From contig JBAYGL010000002.1 of assembly GCA_041666725.1 (NCBI GenBank), positions 1 to 35,318 on the forward strand: a stretch of 35,318 nucleotides of DNA. Direction: 5' to 3'. Every line of letters starts with the position of its first letter. Position 1 is the first letter of the stretch. Positions 16,684 through 25,401 of this stretch are shown piece after piece. Under the pieces are notes generated by a model, which worked only from the letters and a program-made list of their open reading frames with translations, did not search any database and had not been told where the DNA came from. The stretch is from Limisphaerales bacterium. GTDB taxonomy: Bacteria > Verrucomicrobiota > Verrucomicrobiia > Limisphaerales > SXTU01. The position numbers were made by a program, and so were the translations under genes.

Positions 16684-17435
16684 AAACAAAGGTTCACACT
16701 TTGGTTGTCGGCGGGACGCGTGGTATCGGCCGTGAGGTGGTGAAGTTTTTCCTGCACGCCGGGCACGGCGTCACGGTGCTGGGGCGGCGCAAGTCCGAAG
16801 AGGCCGGTGTGTGGAGTCAAAGCGTGAATCTGGCTGACAAAAGCGCGCTGCTGCACGCGCTGGCCGGGGCGGTGAGACAGAACGGGCGGTTGACGAACCT
16901 GATTTTTCTCCAGCGCTTCCGGGGTGAGGGGGATGAGTGGGAGGGTGAGTTGAATGTTTCACTCACCGCCACCAAAATTGCCATTGAGAGGCTGTGTGGT
17001 GAATTTGTGCGGGCGAAGCGCAAAGCGCCGAATTCCATCGTCATTGTTGGCTCCAATGCGAGCCGTCTTGTCGCGGGCGAGCAACCCGTCGGCTACCACG
17101 CCGCCAAGGCTGCGTTGCGGCAGATGGCCCGCTACTACGCGTGCTCACTCGCTCCGCGAGGCATCCGTGTTAATTGCGTCACACCTGGAATTGTGCTCAA
17201 GGACGAGGCGCGGGAGTTTTACCGGAAAAACGAAGCGCTGCACGCACTCTACCGTCGTGTTACGCCGCTTGGCCGGATGGGCGCGCCGCGTGACATTGCC
17301 GACGCGGTCGGGTTCCTGTGCAGCTCCGGCGCGGCCTTCATTACGGGCCAGGAAATTGTCGTGGACGGGGGGCTTTCCCTGCTCTGGCAGGGCAGCCTTG
17401 CCAACAAACTCACCTTTCCGAAGTCACCAGAATGA
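16680..17435 (+). CDS. Short-chain dehydrogenase/reductase (SDR)
   Basis: The 251-aa ORF has VGGTRGIGREV (TGxxxGIG-like) and YHAAKAAL (YxxxK). There are ATGA start/stop overlaps with both neighbours. Confidence 0.85.
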   Translation: MKTKVHTLVVGGTRGIGREVVKFFLHAGHGVTVLGRRKSEEAGVWSQSVNLADKSALLHALAGAVRQNGRLTNLIFLQRFRGEGDEWEGELNVSLTATKIAIERLCGEFVRAKRKAPNSIVIVGSNASRLVAGEQPVGYHAAKAALRQMARYYACSLAPRGIRVNCVTPGIVLKDEAREFYRKNEALHALYRRVTPLGRMGAPRDIADAVGFLCSSGAAFITGQEIVVDGGLSLLWQGSLANKLTFPKSPE

Positions 17436-18640
17436 ACGACACCCTCTACGGTTACTATCGCCAGCAAAGTGTCCTGCCCACCGTCGGGCACTTCCAAGGC
17501 GAGTCCGACCTTGTTGCCCATGAGGAGCATCGCCGCCGCCTCTTCACGGACAAGTTGCAACTGCCACCCCAGCTCTTCCGGGGCGCGAGGTTGCTGGAAT
17601 TCGGTCCGGATGCGGGGGAAAACTCACTGGTGTTCGCACTTTGGGGCGCGAATTGCACGCTGGCCGAACCCCATGAAAAGGCGCACGCCACCATTCGCGA
17701 TTACTTCGCCCGTTTCCAGCAAACCGCCCGGCTTCAGGCGCTGCATCCACAGGATGTGCTTCAGTTTCCAGTCCCCACCAGCGAAGCGGAGCGATTCGAC
17801 GTGGTGGATGCCGAGGGGTTCATCTACACGATCCTGCCGACGCGCCTGTGGTTGGACAAATGCGCGCAGTTGACGCGCACCGGCGGCTTCCTTGTCGTCT
17901 TCTACTGCGAGGCCTACGGCTCCTTCATGGAGCTGATGCTCAAGGTCGTCCATGCCCGCTATCGCACTCTGACCGGGCTGGCCCCGCAGCCAGCGGCCGA
18001 AGCATTGTTCCAGCCCAAGTGGGATTCCATTCCCCACAAACGCCGGATGGAATCGTGGACGATGGATGTGTTGGTGAACCCCTTCGTCCGGCTGAAATAC
18101 TTTCCCGAGCCACGCGCGTTGTGCGACGAGGCGCACGCTGCAGGCTGGAGTTTGTATTCCTCCTGGCCGCATTACGCGGATACGCTGGAAGTTCACTGGT
18201 TCAAGCGCACTTTGCCGTCAGAAGCGCTCGCCCGCCTGAGAGCCGATTATGTCGCCCGCAGCCGGCTTAGTCATCTTTTCGGCAGAAAGCACTTCCTCGC
18301 GCGAAACGAACCCGGCCTGGAGACTGCGCTGTGGGATTTGTTGAGCCTGACGGATGGATTGATCGACCGCTACGACGGTGCCGCCGCGGAGCGCTGCGTT
18401 GAGCATCTTGCCCGGCTGGAGGCTCTGCTTCAGTCGGATTCGGTGCTCGCAGAGTCCGCCGACCGCGCAGCTTCCCTGCAAACGGTTCGAAGTTATCAGC
18501 GGCTGTTCCCCCTTCTGACCCGGGGCAGTGCCGACAGCATCTCGGAGTTTTGCCGGACCGATGCCGGGTTTATACAAAGCTGGGGGATGCCGTCACACTT
18601 TGTTGTGCTCCAGAAGACCGCAGCATCCGGTTGCGCATGA
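17432..18640 (+). CDS. Methyltransferase-like protein with a C-terminal domain of unknown function
   Basis: Internal ATG 17432 (ATGA overlap with the SDR stop) of track ORF 17318..18640. LLEFGPDAGENSLV resembles SAM motif I. The remaining ~250 aa are helical and I do not recognise them. Confidence 0.6.
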   Translation: MNDTLYGYYRQQSVLPTVGHFQGESDLVAHEEHRRRLFTDKLQLPPQLFRGARLLEFGPDAGENSLVFALWGANCTLAEPHEKAHATIRDYFARFQQTARLQALHPQDVLQFPVPTSEAERFDVVDAEGFIYTILPTRLWLDKCAQLTRTGGFLVVFYCEAYGSFMELMLKVVHARYRTLTGLAPQPAAEALFQPKWDSIPHKRRMESWTMDVLVNPFVRLKYFPEPRALCDEAHAAGWSLYSSWPHYADTLEVHWFKRTLPSEALARLRADYVARSRLSHLFGRKHFLARNEPGLETALWDLLSLTDGLIDRYDGAAAERCVEHLARLEALLQSDSVLAESADRAASLQTVRSYQRLFPLLTRGSADSISEFCRTDAGFIQSWGMPSHFVVLQKTAASGCA

Positions 18641-19602
18641 ACCCGCCCTCGCTCTCGGTCGTCGTTCCCAACTACAACCACGCAAAACTGCTGCCGCATT
18701 GTTTGGACGCGCTACTGGCTCAGACCGTGCAGCCGCTGGAGATACTGGTTGTGGATGACGGATCAACCGATGGCAGCGTGGCGCTGATTGAGGGCTACTG
18801 CCGGCGGCATTCACATGTCAGGCTGCTTCGCAATGACCAGAACCGCGGCGTGGTTTTCACGGTGAACCGGGGTGTGGAGGCATCTCGCGGTGAACTGATT
18901 TTCTTCGCCCCTGCGGACGACACCTCGCATCCGACGTTGTTTGAAAAGTCCCTGCCGCTCCTGTCCCGGCATCCACAGGCCGCGTTCAGTTGCGGCATCA
19001 GCGATTTTCGTGAAGTGGCCACCGGGTTGAACTGGCACACGGGTGTGGGCATGGGCGACCGGCCCTGTTACCTCTCTCCAACCGATTTGGTCGCTCTCGG
19101 ACGATCCGGAGCTTTGCATCTCGCGCCAAACACGGCCGTCATCCGCCGCGCCGCCTTCATTCGCGCTGGAATGTTCCTGCCGGAGCTGCGCTGGCATTCT
19201 GACTGGTTCACCTTTTACGTTGCTGCCTTCCGTCAAGGTGTCTGTTTCATCCCAGAGCCGCTTGCGACGTTTTATGTCCACGCGGAATCCTACTACAAAC
19301 GGGGGCGGAAGCAGGCGGACCTTCATCGCCAAGTGTTGATCAGCTTGCTGGATCACCTCAATCGTCCCGAGAACGCGGACGTGATGGCTCTTGTGCGCGA
19401 CAGCGGCGAGCTCTACCTCTTCGGCTGGCCGATGCTTTGGCTGGCGTTGTCGCGTTCGGAGGGACGGAGCTTTCTCACTGCCAATTTCCTTCGGCGCTGT
19501 GTCTGGCAGGCGATGAAGCTCTCGGTGAAGGATTATCTGCCGAAGTGGATGGCGAACCTCTACTTTCGACTCGCGGGCTACCGCGCATCGAAGTCCACTT
19601 GA
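18637..19602 (+). CDS. Glycosyltransferase family 2
   Basis: Internal ATG 18637 (ATGA overlap) of track ORF 18550..19602. The sequence LSVVVPNYNHAKLLPHCLDALLAQT...ILVVDDGSTDGS...FFAPADD is the classic GT2 N-terminus with a DxD-like motif. Confidence 0.85.
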   Translation: MNPPSLSVVVPNYNHAKLLPHCLDALLAQTVQPLEILVVDDGSTDGSVALIEGYCRRHSHVRLLRNDQNRGVVFTVNRGVEASRGELIFFAPADDTSHPTLFEKSLPLLSRHPQAAFSCGISDFREVATGLNWHTGVGMGDRPCYLSPTDLVALGRSGALHLAPNTAVIRRAAFIRAGMFLPELRWHSDWFTFYVAAFRQGVCFIPEPLATFYVHAESYYKRGRKQADLHRQVLISLLDHLNRPENADVMALVRDSGELYLFGWPMLWLALSRSEGRSFLTANFLRRCVWQAMKLSVKDYLPKWMANLYFRLAGYRASKST

Positions 19603-19618
19603 ACAATTTTCCGCGCTG

Positions 19619-20395
19619 TTGACGCGAGTCTTCCGCGCTGTTCTCCATCACCCTTGCGTGCTTCAATCCACACCCTTGCAACTGCTCGATCTCACGCTGC
19701 CGACACCCGCCGAAAACCTAGCGTGTGACGAAGCGCTGTTGGACGACTGTGAGGCGCGGGGCGGGATGGCGTTGCGGTTCTGGGAATCGCCAGCGCCCTT
19801 CGTCGTCGTCGGCCATGGCAACGAGGTGGCGCGGGAGGTGAACCTTTCTGCCTGCGAGGCTGATGGCGTGCCGGTCCTGCGCCGGTGCAGCGGCGGCGGG
19901 ACCGTTCTGCAAGGGCCGGGCTGCCTGAACTTCGCGCTTGTGATCGAAGTATCCTCCAATCCGGCGTTGCAGAGCGTGACGAAATCGAACGACTTCATCC
20001 TCGGCCGGAACGTCGGGGCGTTGTCAGGTTTGCTGGGGAGCCCTGTCGGGGTTGACGGGGACACGGACCTGGTCTGGCGGGGACGGAAGTTCTCCGGCAA
20101 CGCCCAGCGCCGCCGGCGCACACATCTGCTGTTTCATGGAACCCTGCTCCTGGGGTTCGTTTTTTCGCTGTTGGAGAAGTATCTGCCTCCGCAGCCTCCG
20201 CGTCAGCCTGGCTACCGCCTGGCGCGTCCGCATCGTGATTTTCTCGTGAACCTCCCGCTGCCGGCGAGTGCTGTGAAACACGCCCTCGCCGAGTCGTGGC
20301 AGGCACGCGCATCCGATCAGCCCTGGCCGGAACAGGAGACACGGCGTTTGGTGCGCGAGCGTTATGGACTTGCCGAATGGAACCGGCGTCTGTGA
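19619..20395 (+). CDS. Biotin/lipoate A/B protein ligase family protein (LplA-like)
   Basis: NLACDEALLD, RRCSGGGTVLQGPGCLNFALV and GRKFSGNAQRR (ligase lysine context) are present. The start is uncertain: TTG 19619 in the track, or GTG at about 19658. Confidence 0.7.
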   Translation: MTRVFRAVLHHPCVLQSTPLQLLDLTLPTPAENLACDEALLDDCEARGGMALRFWESPAPFVVVGHGNEVAREVNLSACEADGVPVLRRCSGGGTVLQGPGCLNFALVIEVSSNPALQSVTKSNDFILGRNVGALSGLLGSPVGVDGDTDLVWRGRKFSGNAQRRRRTHLLFHGTLLLGFVFSLLEKYLPPQPPRQPGYRLARPHRDFLVNLPLPASAVKHALAESWQARASDQPWPEQETRRLVRERYGLAEWNRRL

Positions 20396-20500
20396 GGCCT
20401 CAGACTCGTCTTGGTCTGTGTCCGCGCCATTCGTGCAACGGCGGACGAACTGAACTCTCCTGCGGTTGAGGAGAAGGTGCCTCCGTCCGAATTGCCGGGC

Positions 20501-21310
20501 TCAGACTTCCACTTGTCCCACGAACGCAAAGTCCGCCGGGCCGTTGAGGCGCACGTCGGAGAAGGTTTCGCCGCTGGACTTGAAGCTGACCTCCAGCGTG
20601 TCGCCGCCCTGGACGAGCACTTTCACGGGCGAGGTGAAGCCCTGCACGCGCGAGGCAATCATTGCCGCCGCGCTCACGCCCGTGCCGCAGGCCAGTGTTT
20701 CGCCCTCGACGCCGCGTTCGTAGGTGCGGACGCGGATGTGGTTCGGGCCGAGCACCTGCGCGAAGTTCACGTTCGTGCCCTTCGGCTTGAAGTGGGCGTG
20801 ATTGCGGACCTCGGCCCCGAGCTGGTGGACCATCGCCTTGTCCGCGTCCGGCACGAAAATCACGGCGTGCGGGACGCCGGTGTTGAGCGAGTGAACGGTC
20901 GTGGGGCCGATGGAGAGCGAAATCTGCTCACTGAGGCGCAGGCTGTGCGGGGGCGTGAGGTTCACCGTCACCCGCTCGCCCTGGAAGGTGGCGGTGATGA
21001 CGCCCGCGACGGTCTCAAACGTCACCCGATCCTTCGCTCCGGTGAGCCGCTGGATGTAGCGGGCGAAGCACCGCGCGCCGTTGCCGCACATCTCGGCGCG
21101 GCTGCCGTCGCTGTTCCAGAACTCCCACGCCCAGTCGGCCTGTCCGGAGGTGCAGGGCACGAGGAGCATGAGCCCGTCCGCGCCGATGCCGCGCTGGCGG
21201 TGGCAGAGCCGCGCGACCTGTTCGGGCGTGAGGCGGACGGTCCCGGCGCGGTTGTCGGCCAGGATGAAGTCGTTTCCCGCGCCGTTCATCTTTGTGAAAT
21301 CCAGAATCAT
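20501..21310 (-). CDS. dapF: Diaminopimelate epimerase
   Basis: Internal ATG (cat at 21308..21310). The product reads MILDFTKMNGAGNDFILADN, with both catalytic Cys contexts: EMCGNGARCFA and TLACGTGVSAA. Confidence 0.9.
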   Translation of the reverse strand: MILDFTKMNGAGNDFILADNRAGTVRLTPEQVARLCHRQRGIGADGLMLLVPCTSGQADWAWEFWNSDGSRAEMCGNGARCFARYIQRLTGAKDRVTFETVAGVITATFQGERVTVNLTPPHSLRLSEQISLSIGPTTVHSLNTGVPHAVIFVPDADKAMVHQLGAEVRNHAHFKPKGTNVNFAQVLGPNHIRVRTYERGVEGETLACGTGVSAAAMIASRVQGFTSPVKVLVQGGDTLEVSFKSSGETFSDVRLNGPADFAFVGQVEV

Positions 21311-21483
21311 CGCGCGGGAAGATAACGGCACACGGCGACGGCGCAAGTGGCGAAACACCGGCTCAGCGTCGCATGGCTTGCCAACCAGCCGGCTTCCCCC
21401 TACAACCCCGCGACGCAGAAGTATCTGAAACTAAGGCCGCCCCCGGGGGTTCTCTCCAGCAGCCACCACATCGCTCTCATCAA

Positions 21484-23295
21484 ATGAAATTCAAACACTC
21501 CCTCGCCTGCCTCTGGACAGCCGCTGCGCTGGCGCTGGCGCTTCCCTCCCGGGCCGCTGTTCCGCCGGCCGAAAAGCTGCTGCCCGCCGACACGCTGCTC
21601 ATGCTGACCATCCCGGACTGGGACAGGACCGCCGCCGCCGCGAAGGATTTTTCGCTCGCCCAGCTCTGGCGCGACCCGGCGATGAGGCCGTTTGCCGAGA
21701 AGCTTGAACTGAAGCTGCGGGAGTTGATCGGCGAGCAGGAGAAGAACTTTGAGAAGGACTGGGCGGAGTTCAAGCCGCTCGTCGGCGGGCAGGTGACTCT
21801 GGGTGTTCTGCGCGGCGACTGGCTGGGTGATCCGGCCACCGGGCCGGACGTCGTCGTGCTGCTCGATGTGAAGGACAAGTCCAAACAGCTCCATGACTTC
21901 ATCGAGCGCTGCGAGAAGCGCGATGCGGACGCGGACAAACCCATCCAGCGCGAAACGGTGCGTGGGGTGAAGTTCGCGCGCACGGTGGTGAAGCAGGCTG
22001 ATGACGCGCCGAAGAAGAAACAGCCTTACGTCGGCCAGTCCGGCTCGCTGCTGCTGCTCAGCGAAAGCACGAAGGCACTTGAGAAGGTTCTTGCGCGGCT
22101 CGAAGGCGCGGGCGCGGGGCTGGATGAATCACCGGAGTTCGAGCGCGCCCGCACCACCGTGGGCCGCGACGCGCACGCCTTCGGCTGGGTCAACGTGAAG
22201 GCGCTCACCGGTGTCCTTGCCAAGATGCCCGCCCCGCAGCAGGACGGCAATCCGCTCGCCATGTCGATGGCCCCCGGGCGCATCATTGACGCGCTGGGGC
22301 TCGGCGGGCTGGACGGCGTGGTGTTTGCCGTGCGCCAGTTGCCCGAGGGGACGCAGGGCGAGCTGTTCATCCAGGCTCCGCAGGCCCGGCGCAAGGGCCT
22401 TGTCAGCCTGCTCACACTCGAACCCCGCGAGGCGGGGCCGCTGCCGACCGTCGCGGGCGATGCCACCAAGTTCACCCGCATCCGGCTCGACGGTCAGAAA
22501 GCCTTCGCCACCCTCGAGCGCATCCTCACCGACCTCAACCCGCAGATGGCCGGCATCGTCACGCTGATGATGGAAAACGTAGGCAAGGAGAAGGACCCCA
22601 ACTTCGACCTGCGCAAGCAGATCATCGGCAATCTCGGCGCGGACTTCGTCACGGTTCAAAAGGCCCCGCGTGGGAGGGAGCTGGCCGATCTGGGCTCGCC
22701 ACCCACATTGTTCCTCATCGGTTCGCCCAAGCCGGAGGCGCTTCTCAAGGCGCTGCTCACCATCAACCCGCTGCCGCCGAAGGAACGTGAGTTCATGGGC
22801 CGCAAAATCTACAGCCTCTCGCCGCTGCCCGGCCTGCCTTCGCCCGGCGGACGGGGTGTGATGAACCTCTCCACCGCAGGCGGCTATCTCGCCGTGTCAA
22901 CGGACGTTGCGATGCTGGAGGAGGCGGTCCGGGGCGAAGCCCAGGGCAAGCCGCTCAGTGAGGTGCCCGGTCTGGCTGACGCTGCGAAAAGGGTCGGCGG
23001 CTTCAACACCGGATGGTTTGCCTATGAGAACCAGAGCGAGACGCTCCGCCTGTTGCTGGAGACGTTGAAGAAGGATCCCGGCGCGGTGGAGAAACTGTTC
23101 GCCTCGCCGCTCCCCGGGACGGGCGGGTCGATTCCCTCGCTCCAGCCGTTGAAGGCTCTCATGGACTTCTCGCTGCTGCCGCCCTTTGACGCGATCTCGA
23201 AATACTTCGGCTACACCGTGCATGCCACCACCGACACGCCGGAGGGCATCAACTTCAAGGCATTCACCCCTGTGCCGGCGGGTTTGAAGAAATAG
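21484..23295 (+). CDS. Exported hypothetical protein (possibly DUF3352-like)
   Basis: Internal ATG 21484 gives a clear signal peptide, MKFKHSLACLWTAAALALALPSRAA. The 603-aa product has no motif I can assign with confidence. Confidence 0.6.
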   Translation: MKFKHSLACLWTAAALALALPSRAAVPPAEKLLPADTLLMLTIPDWDRTAAAAKDFSLAQLWRDPAMRPFAEKLELKLRELIGEQEKNFEKDWAEFKPLVGGQVTLGVLRGDWLGDPATGPDVVVLLDVKDKSKQLHDFIERCEKRDADADKPIQRETVRGVKFARTVVKQADDAPKKKQPYVGQSGSLLLLSESTKALEKVLARLEGAGAGLDESPEFERARTTVGRDAHAFGWVNVKALTGVLAKMPAPQQDGNPLAMSMAPGRIIDALGLGGLDGVVFAVRQLPEGTQGELFIQAPQARRKGLVSLLTLEPREAGPLPTVAGDATKFTRIRLDGQKAFATLERILTDLNPQMAGIVTLMMENVGKEKDPNFDLRKQIIGNLGADFVTVQKAPRGRELADLGSPPTLFLIGSPKPEALLKALLTINPLPPKEREFMGRKIYSLSPLPGLPSPGGRGVMNLSTAGGYLAVSTDVAMLEEAVRGEAQGKPLSEVPGLADAAKRVGGFNTGWFAYENQSETLRLLLETLKKDPGAVEKLFASPLPGTGGSIPSLQPLKALMDFSLLPPFDAISKYFGYTVHATTDTPEGINFKAFTPVPAGLKK

Positions 23296-23350
23296 CATCC
23301 GCCGAATGCTCCGGTCCTCAGTGTCTTTGACCGAGGGCGGCTGGGGTCGC

Positions 23351-23737
23351 TCATGCGCGCTTTGAGTTCGCCTTCAACCATTCGGCGAACGCGGCCTCGG
23401 ACATGTCTCCGGCGGCCAGGGCCAGGGTCTGCAAGGTGGCGTCCACCTCGCTCGCCTGCAATCTGCGCCCGTTGAGTTCGAGAAAGGCGACCGCCACGAC
23501 AAAACCTGTCCGTTTGTTGCCGTCTATGAAGGGGTGATTCCTGACAATCCCGAAGGCGTAGCTCGCCGCCAGATCGAAAAGATCGGGCCTGCCGTAGGCG
23601 AAGAGATTCAAGGGTTTCCCAAGTGCCGAGTCCAGCAGCCCCTCGTCGCGCACTCCGGCCGCGCCGCCGAACTGCGCCAGTGACTGTTCGTGTGCAGCGA
23701 ACACCATCTCGCGCAACACCCACTCCGGCTTTTTCAT
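23351..23737 (-). CDS. doc: Death-on-curing (Doc) toxin, Fic/Doc family
   Basis: The 128-aa ORF carries the Fic/Doc motif HPFIDGNKRTG. It overlaps the upstream antitoxin gene by ATGA. Confidence 0.9.
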   Translation of the reverse strand: MKKPEWVLREMVFAAHEQSLAQFGGAAGVRDEGLLDSALGKPLNLFAYGRPDLFDLAASYAFGIVRNHPFIDGNKRTGFVVAVAFLELNGRRLQASEVDATLQTLALAAGDMSEAAFAEWLKANSKRA

Positions 23738-23964
23738 TTGGCCAGTTCCCGCAGGGTGTGGCGATAGCGCTTCATCACATCCTGAACCACCTCCATCTGG
23801 CGGGTGACCTCGGCCTTGGAGGGGCTCAGCCTCAGGCTGCCATCCGGCCCCTCCGTCACGGACACGGAGTCGCCTTCCCCCACCTTGAGATGGGCCAGTG
23901 CTTCCTTCGGCAGGATGACGCCGACCGAGTTGCCGACTTTCCGAAGTTTCAGTTCGAGAACCAT
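23734..23964 (-). CDS. AbrB/MazE/SpoVT-family antitoxin
   Basis: The 76-aa ORF starts MVLELKLRKVGNSVGVILPKEAL, a swapped-hairpin DNA-binding motif. It sits immediately upstream of doc and is translationally coupled to it. Confidence 0.85.
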   Translation of the reverse strand: MVLELKLRKVGNSVGVILPKEALAHLKVGEGDSVSVTEGPDGSLRLSPSKAEVTRQMEVVQDVMKRYRHTLRELAK

Positions 23965-23998
23965 GGCCGCACTGTAGCTACAAATGTTATAACGTCAA
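23965..23998 (-). promoter_or_regulatory. Putative sigma70-type promoter with two perfect palindromes (candidate operators) for the antitoxin-doc operon; probably a leaderless transcript
   Basis: The minus strand reads TTGACG-16 nt-TACAGT-GCGGCC-ATG. The palindrome GTTATAAC (23986..23993) abuts the -35 element and TGTAGCTACA (23973..23982) overlaps the -10 element. Only 6 nt separate the -10 element from the ATG. Confidence 0.45.
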
Positions 23999-24040
23999 TC
24001 TTCGGCACGCGGGGCGGCCGCTTGCTCCGCCAAGGGTCTC

Positions 24041-24076
24041 AACAAAAATCCCCGCCCTCTGACGAGGACGGGGATT
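24041..24076 (-). terminator. Rho-independent terminator downstream of the peroxiredoxin operon
   Basis: AAATCCCCGCCCTC (24045..24058) pairs with GAGGACGGGGATTT (24063..24076). The stem is 14 bp with 1 mismatch and the loop is TGAC. On the minus strand the hairpin is followed by TTTTTGTTG. Confidence 0.65.
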
Positions 24077-24091
24077 TCGGGAAGCGCTTGA

Positions 24092-24643
24092 TTATTTCTT
24101 CTCCGCGACGCCGAGTTCCTTGAGCTTGGCGGCGATGTCCGTCGCGTGGCTGGCGGGTTTCACCGCCCTGTCCACGTGCAGGATTTTGCCATCCTTGCCG
24201 ATGTAGAAGGTCCAGCGCGTCGCCATGCCTTTTTCGTTCAGCACGCCGAATGCCTTCGCGGCATTCTTGTTCGGATCGCTGAGGATCGGGTAGTCGAGGT
24301 CGAGGGACTTCGCGAAGGCTGCGTTGCCTTTCTCGCCGTCCACCGGGTCCACGCTCGCGGTGAAGTAGGCCACGTCGAATTTCTTCAACGCAGCTCCGTC
24401 GGCGCGCATGGATTTGCATTCGGCGGTGCAGCCGCCGGTGAAGGCCTTCGGAAACCAGGCGATGACCACGGCCTTCCTGCCCTTGAAGTCAGCGAGGCTG
24501 TAGGTCTTGCCGTCGCTGGCCTGGAGCTTGAAGTCCGGGGCCGGATCGCCGGCTTTGAGGTCTGCCGCGGCACCGGTCATGCCCGTGAGGGCAAGCCCGG
24601 CGACGGTGGCGCAGAGTAGGGTGAGTGTTTTCATGGGTTTCAT
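24092..24643 (-). CDS. Exported thioredoxin-fold peroxiredoxin (AhpC/TSA/Bcp-like)
   Basis: Signal peptide [27 protein letters not shown], then GDPAPDF and [17 protein letters not shown] 24634 is an alternative start. Confidence 0.8.
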   Translation of the reverse strand: MKPMKTLTLLCATVAGLALTGMTGAAADLKAGDPAPDFKLQASDGKTYSLADFKGRKAVVIAWFPKAFTGGCTAECKSMRADGAALKKFDVAYFTASVDPVDGEKGNAAFAKSLDLDYPILSDPNKNAAKAFGVLNEKGMATRWTFYIGKDGKILHVDRAVKPASHATDIAAKLKELGVAEKK

Positions 24644-24665
24644 GGGCGGCGCGGGGCCGTGCCGG

Positions 24666-25145
24666 TTACTTGAGCTTGGCCAGCACGTCCTTCACGGCGG
24701 CGAAGTTGGGCAGGTCCTTGGGCGTCGCGGTCTGCTCGCTGTATTGGACGATGCCGCTCTTGTCCACGACGAAGGCCGCACGGGCGCTCGTGGAGCCGAA
24801 GCCGCCGAGGTCGGCCAGCAGCACGCCGTAGTCGGCGGCGGTCTTCTTGTTCAGGTCGCTGGCGATGGTGATGCCGATCTTGTGCTGGTTGGCCCAGGCT
24901 TCCTGCGCGAAGGGGCTGTCCACGCTGATGGCGATGACATCGGCGTTGAGGCCGGAGTAGGCGGAGAGGCCGGCGGTGATGTCGCACATCTCCGTGGTGC
25001 AGACGCCGGTGAAGGCGAGCGGGAAGAAGAGGATGACGGTGTTCTTCCTGCCGAAGTTGGCGGAGAGCTTCACGTCACTGACGCCGCTGGCGTTCTTGGA
25101 TTTGAGGCTGAAATCAGGGGCTTTGGTTCCGACTGCGATGGGCAT
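24666..25145 (-). CDS. Peroxiredoxin (AhpC/TSA family, cytoplasmic type)
   Basis: The 159-aa ORF has GTKAPDFSL and [15 protein letters not shown], and no signal peptide. Confidence 0.8.
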   Translation of the reverse strand: MPIAVGTKAPDFSLKSKNASGVSDVKLSANFGRKNTVILFFPLAFTGVCTTEMCDITAGLSAYSGLNADVIAISVDSPFAQEAWANQHKIGITIASDLNKKTAADYGVLLADLGGFGSTSARAAFVVDKSGIVQYSEQTATPKDLPNFAAVKDVLAKLK

Positions 25146-25401
25146 AGTTTTTTGAGTTTTGGGTTAACTGGGTTGAGCTACCGACGGGCGGACATATACG
25201 ACCCGGCTGCGGGGGTGTCAAACGACCTTTCCGGTGCCGGTGCCCCGCGTGGGTGAGGTGTTTTTCAGCTTCTGCCGGATCGCGTCGAGTGGGGCTGCCG
25301 GTGTCCGCAACAAGTTGAATCCCATTGCTTCCGACGGGCGTCTGTTTAGCGTGATGCCGCTTCCGTTGCGCTGGCACAGGGCGCCGGGGCGTGTTTGAAC
25401 C

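Noticed and set aside
20411-21325. 304-aa plus-strand ORF opposite dapF
   Set aside because: It is antisense to a canonical diaminopimelate epimerase with both catalytic cysteine motifs.
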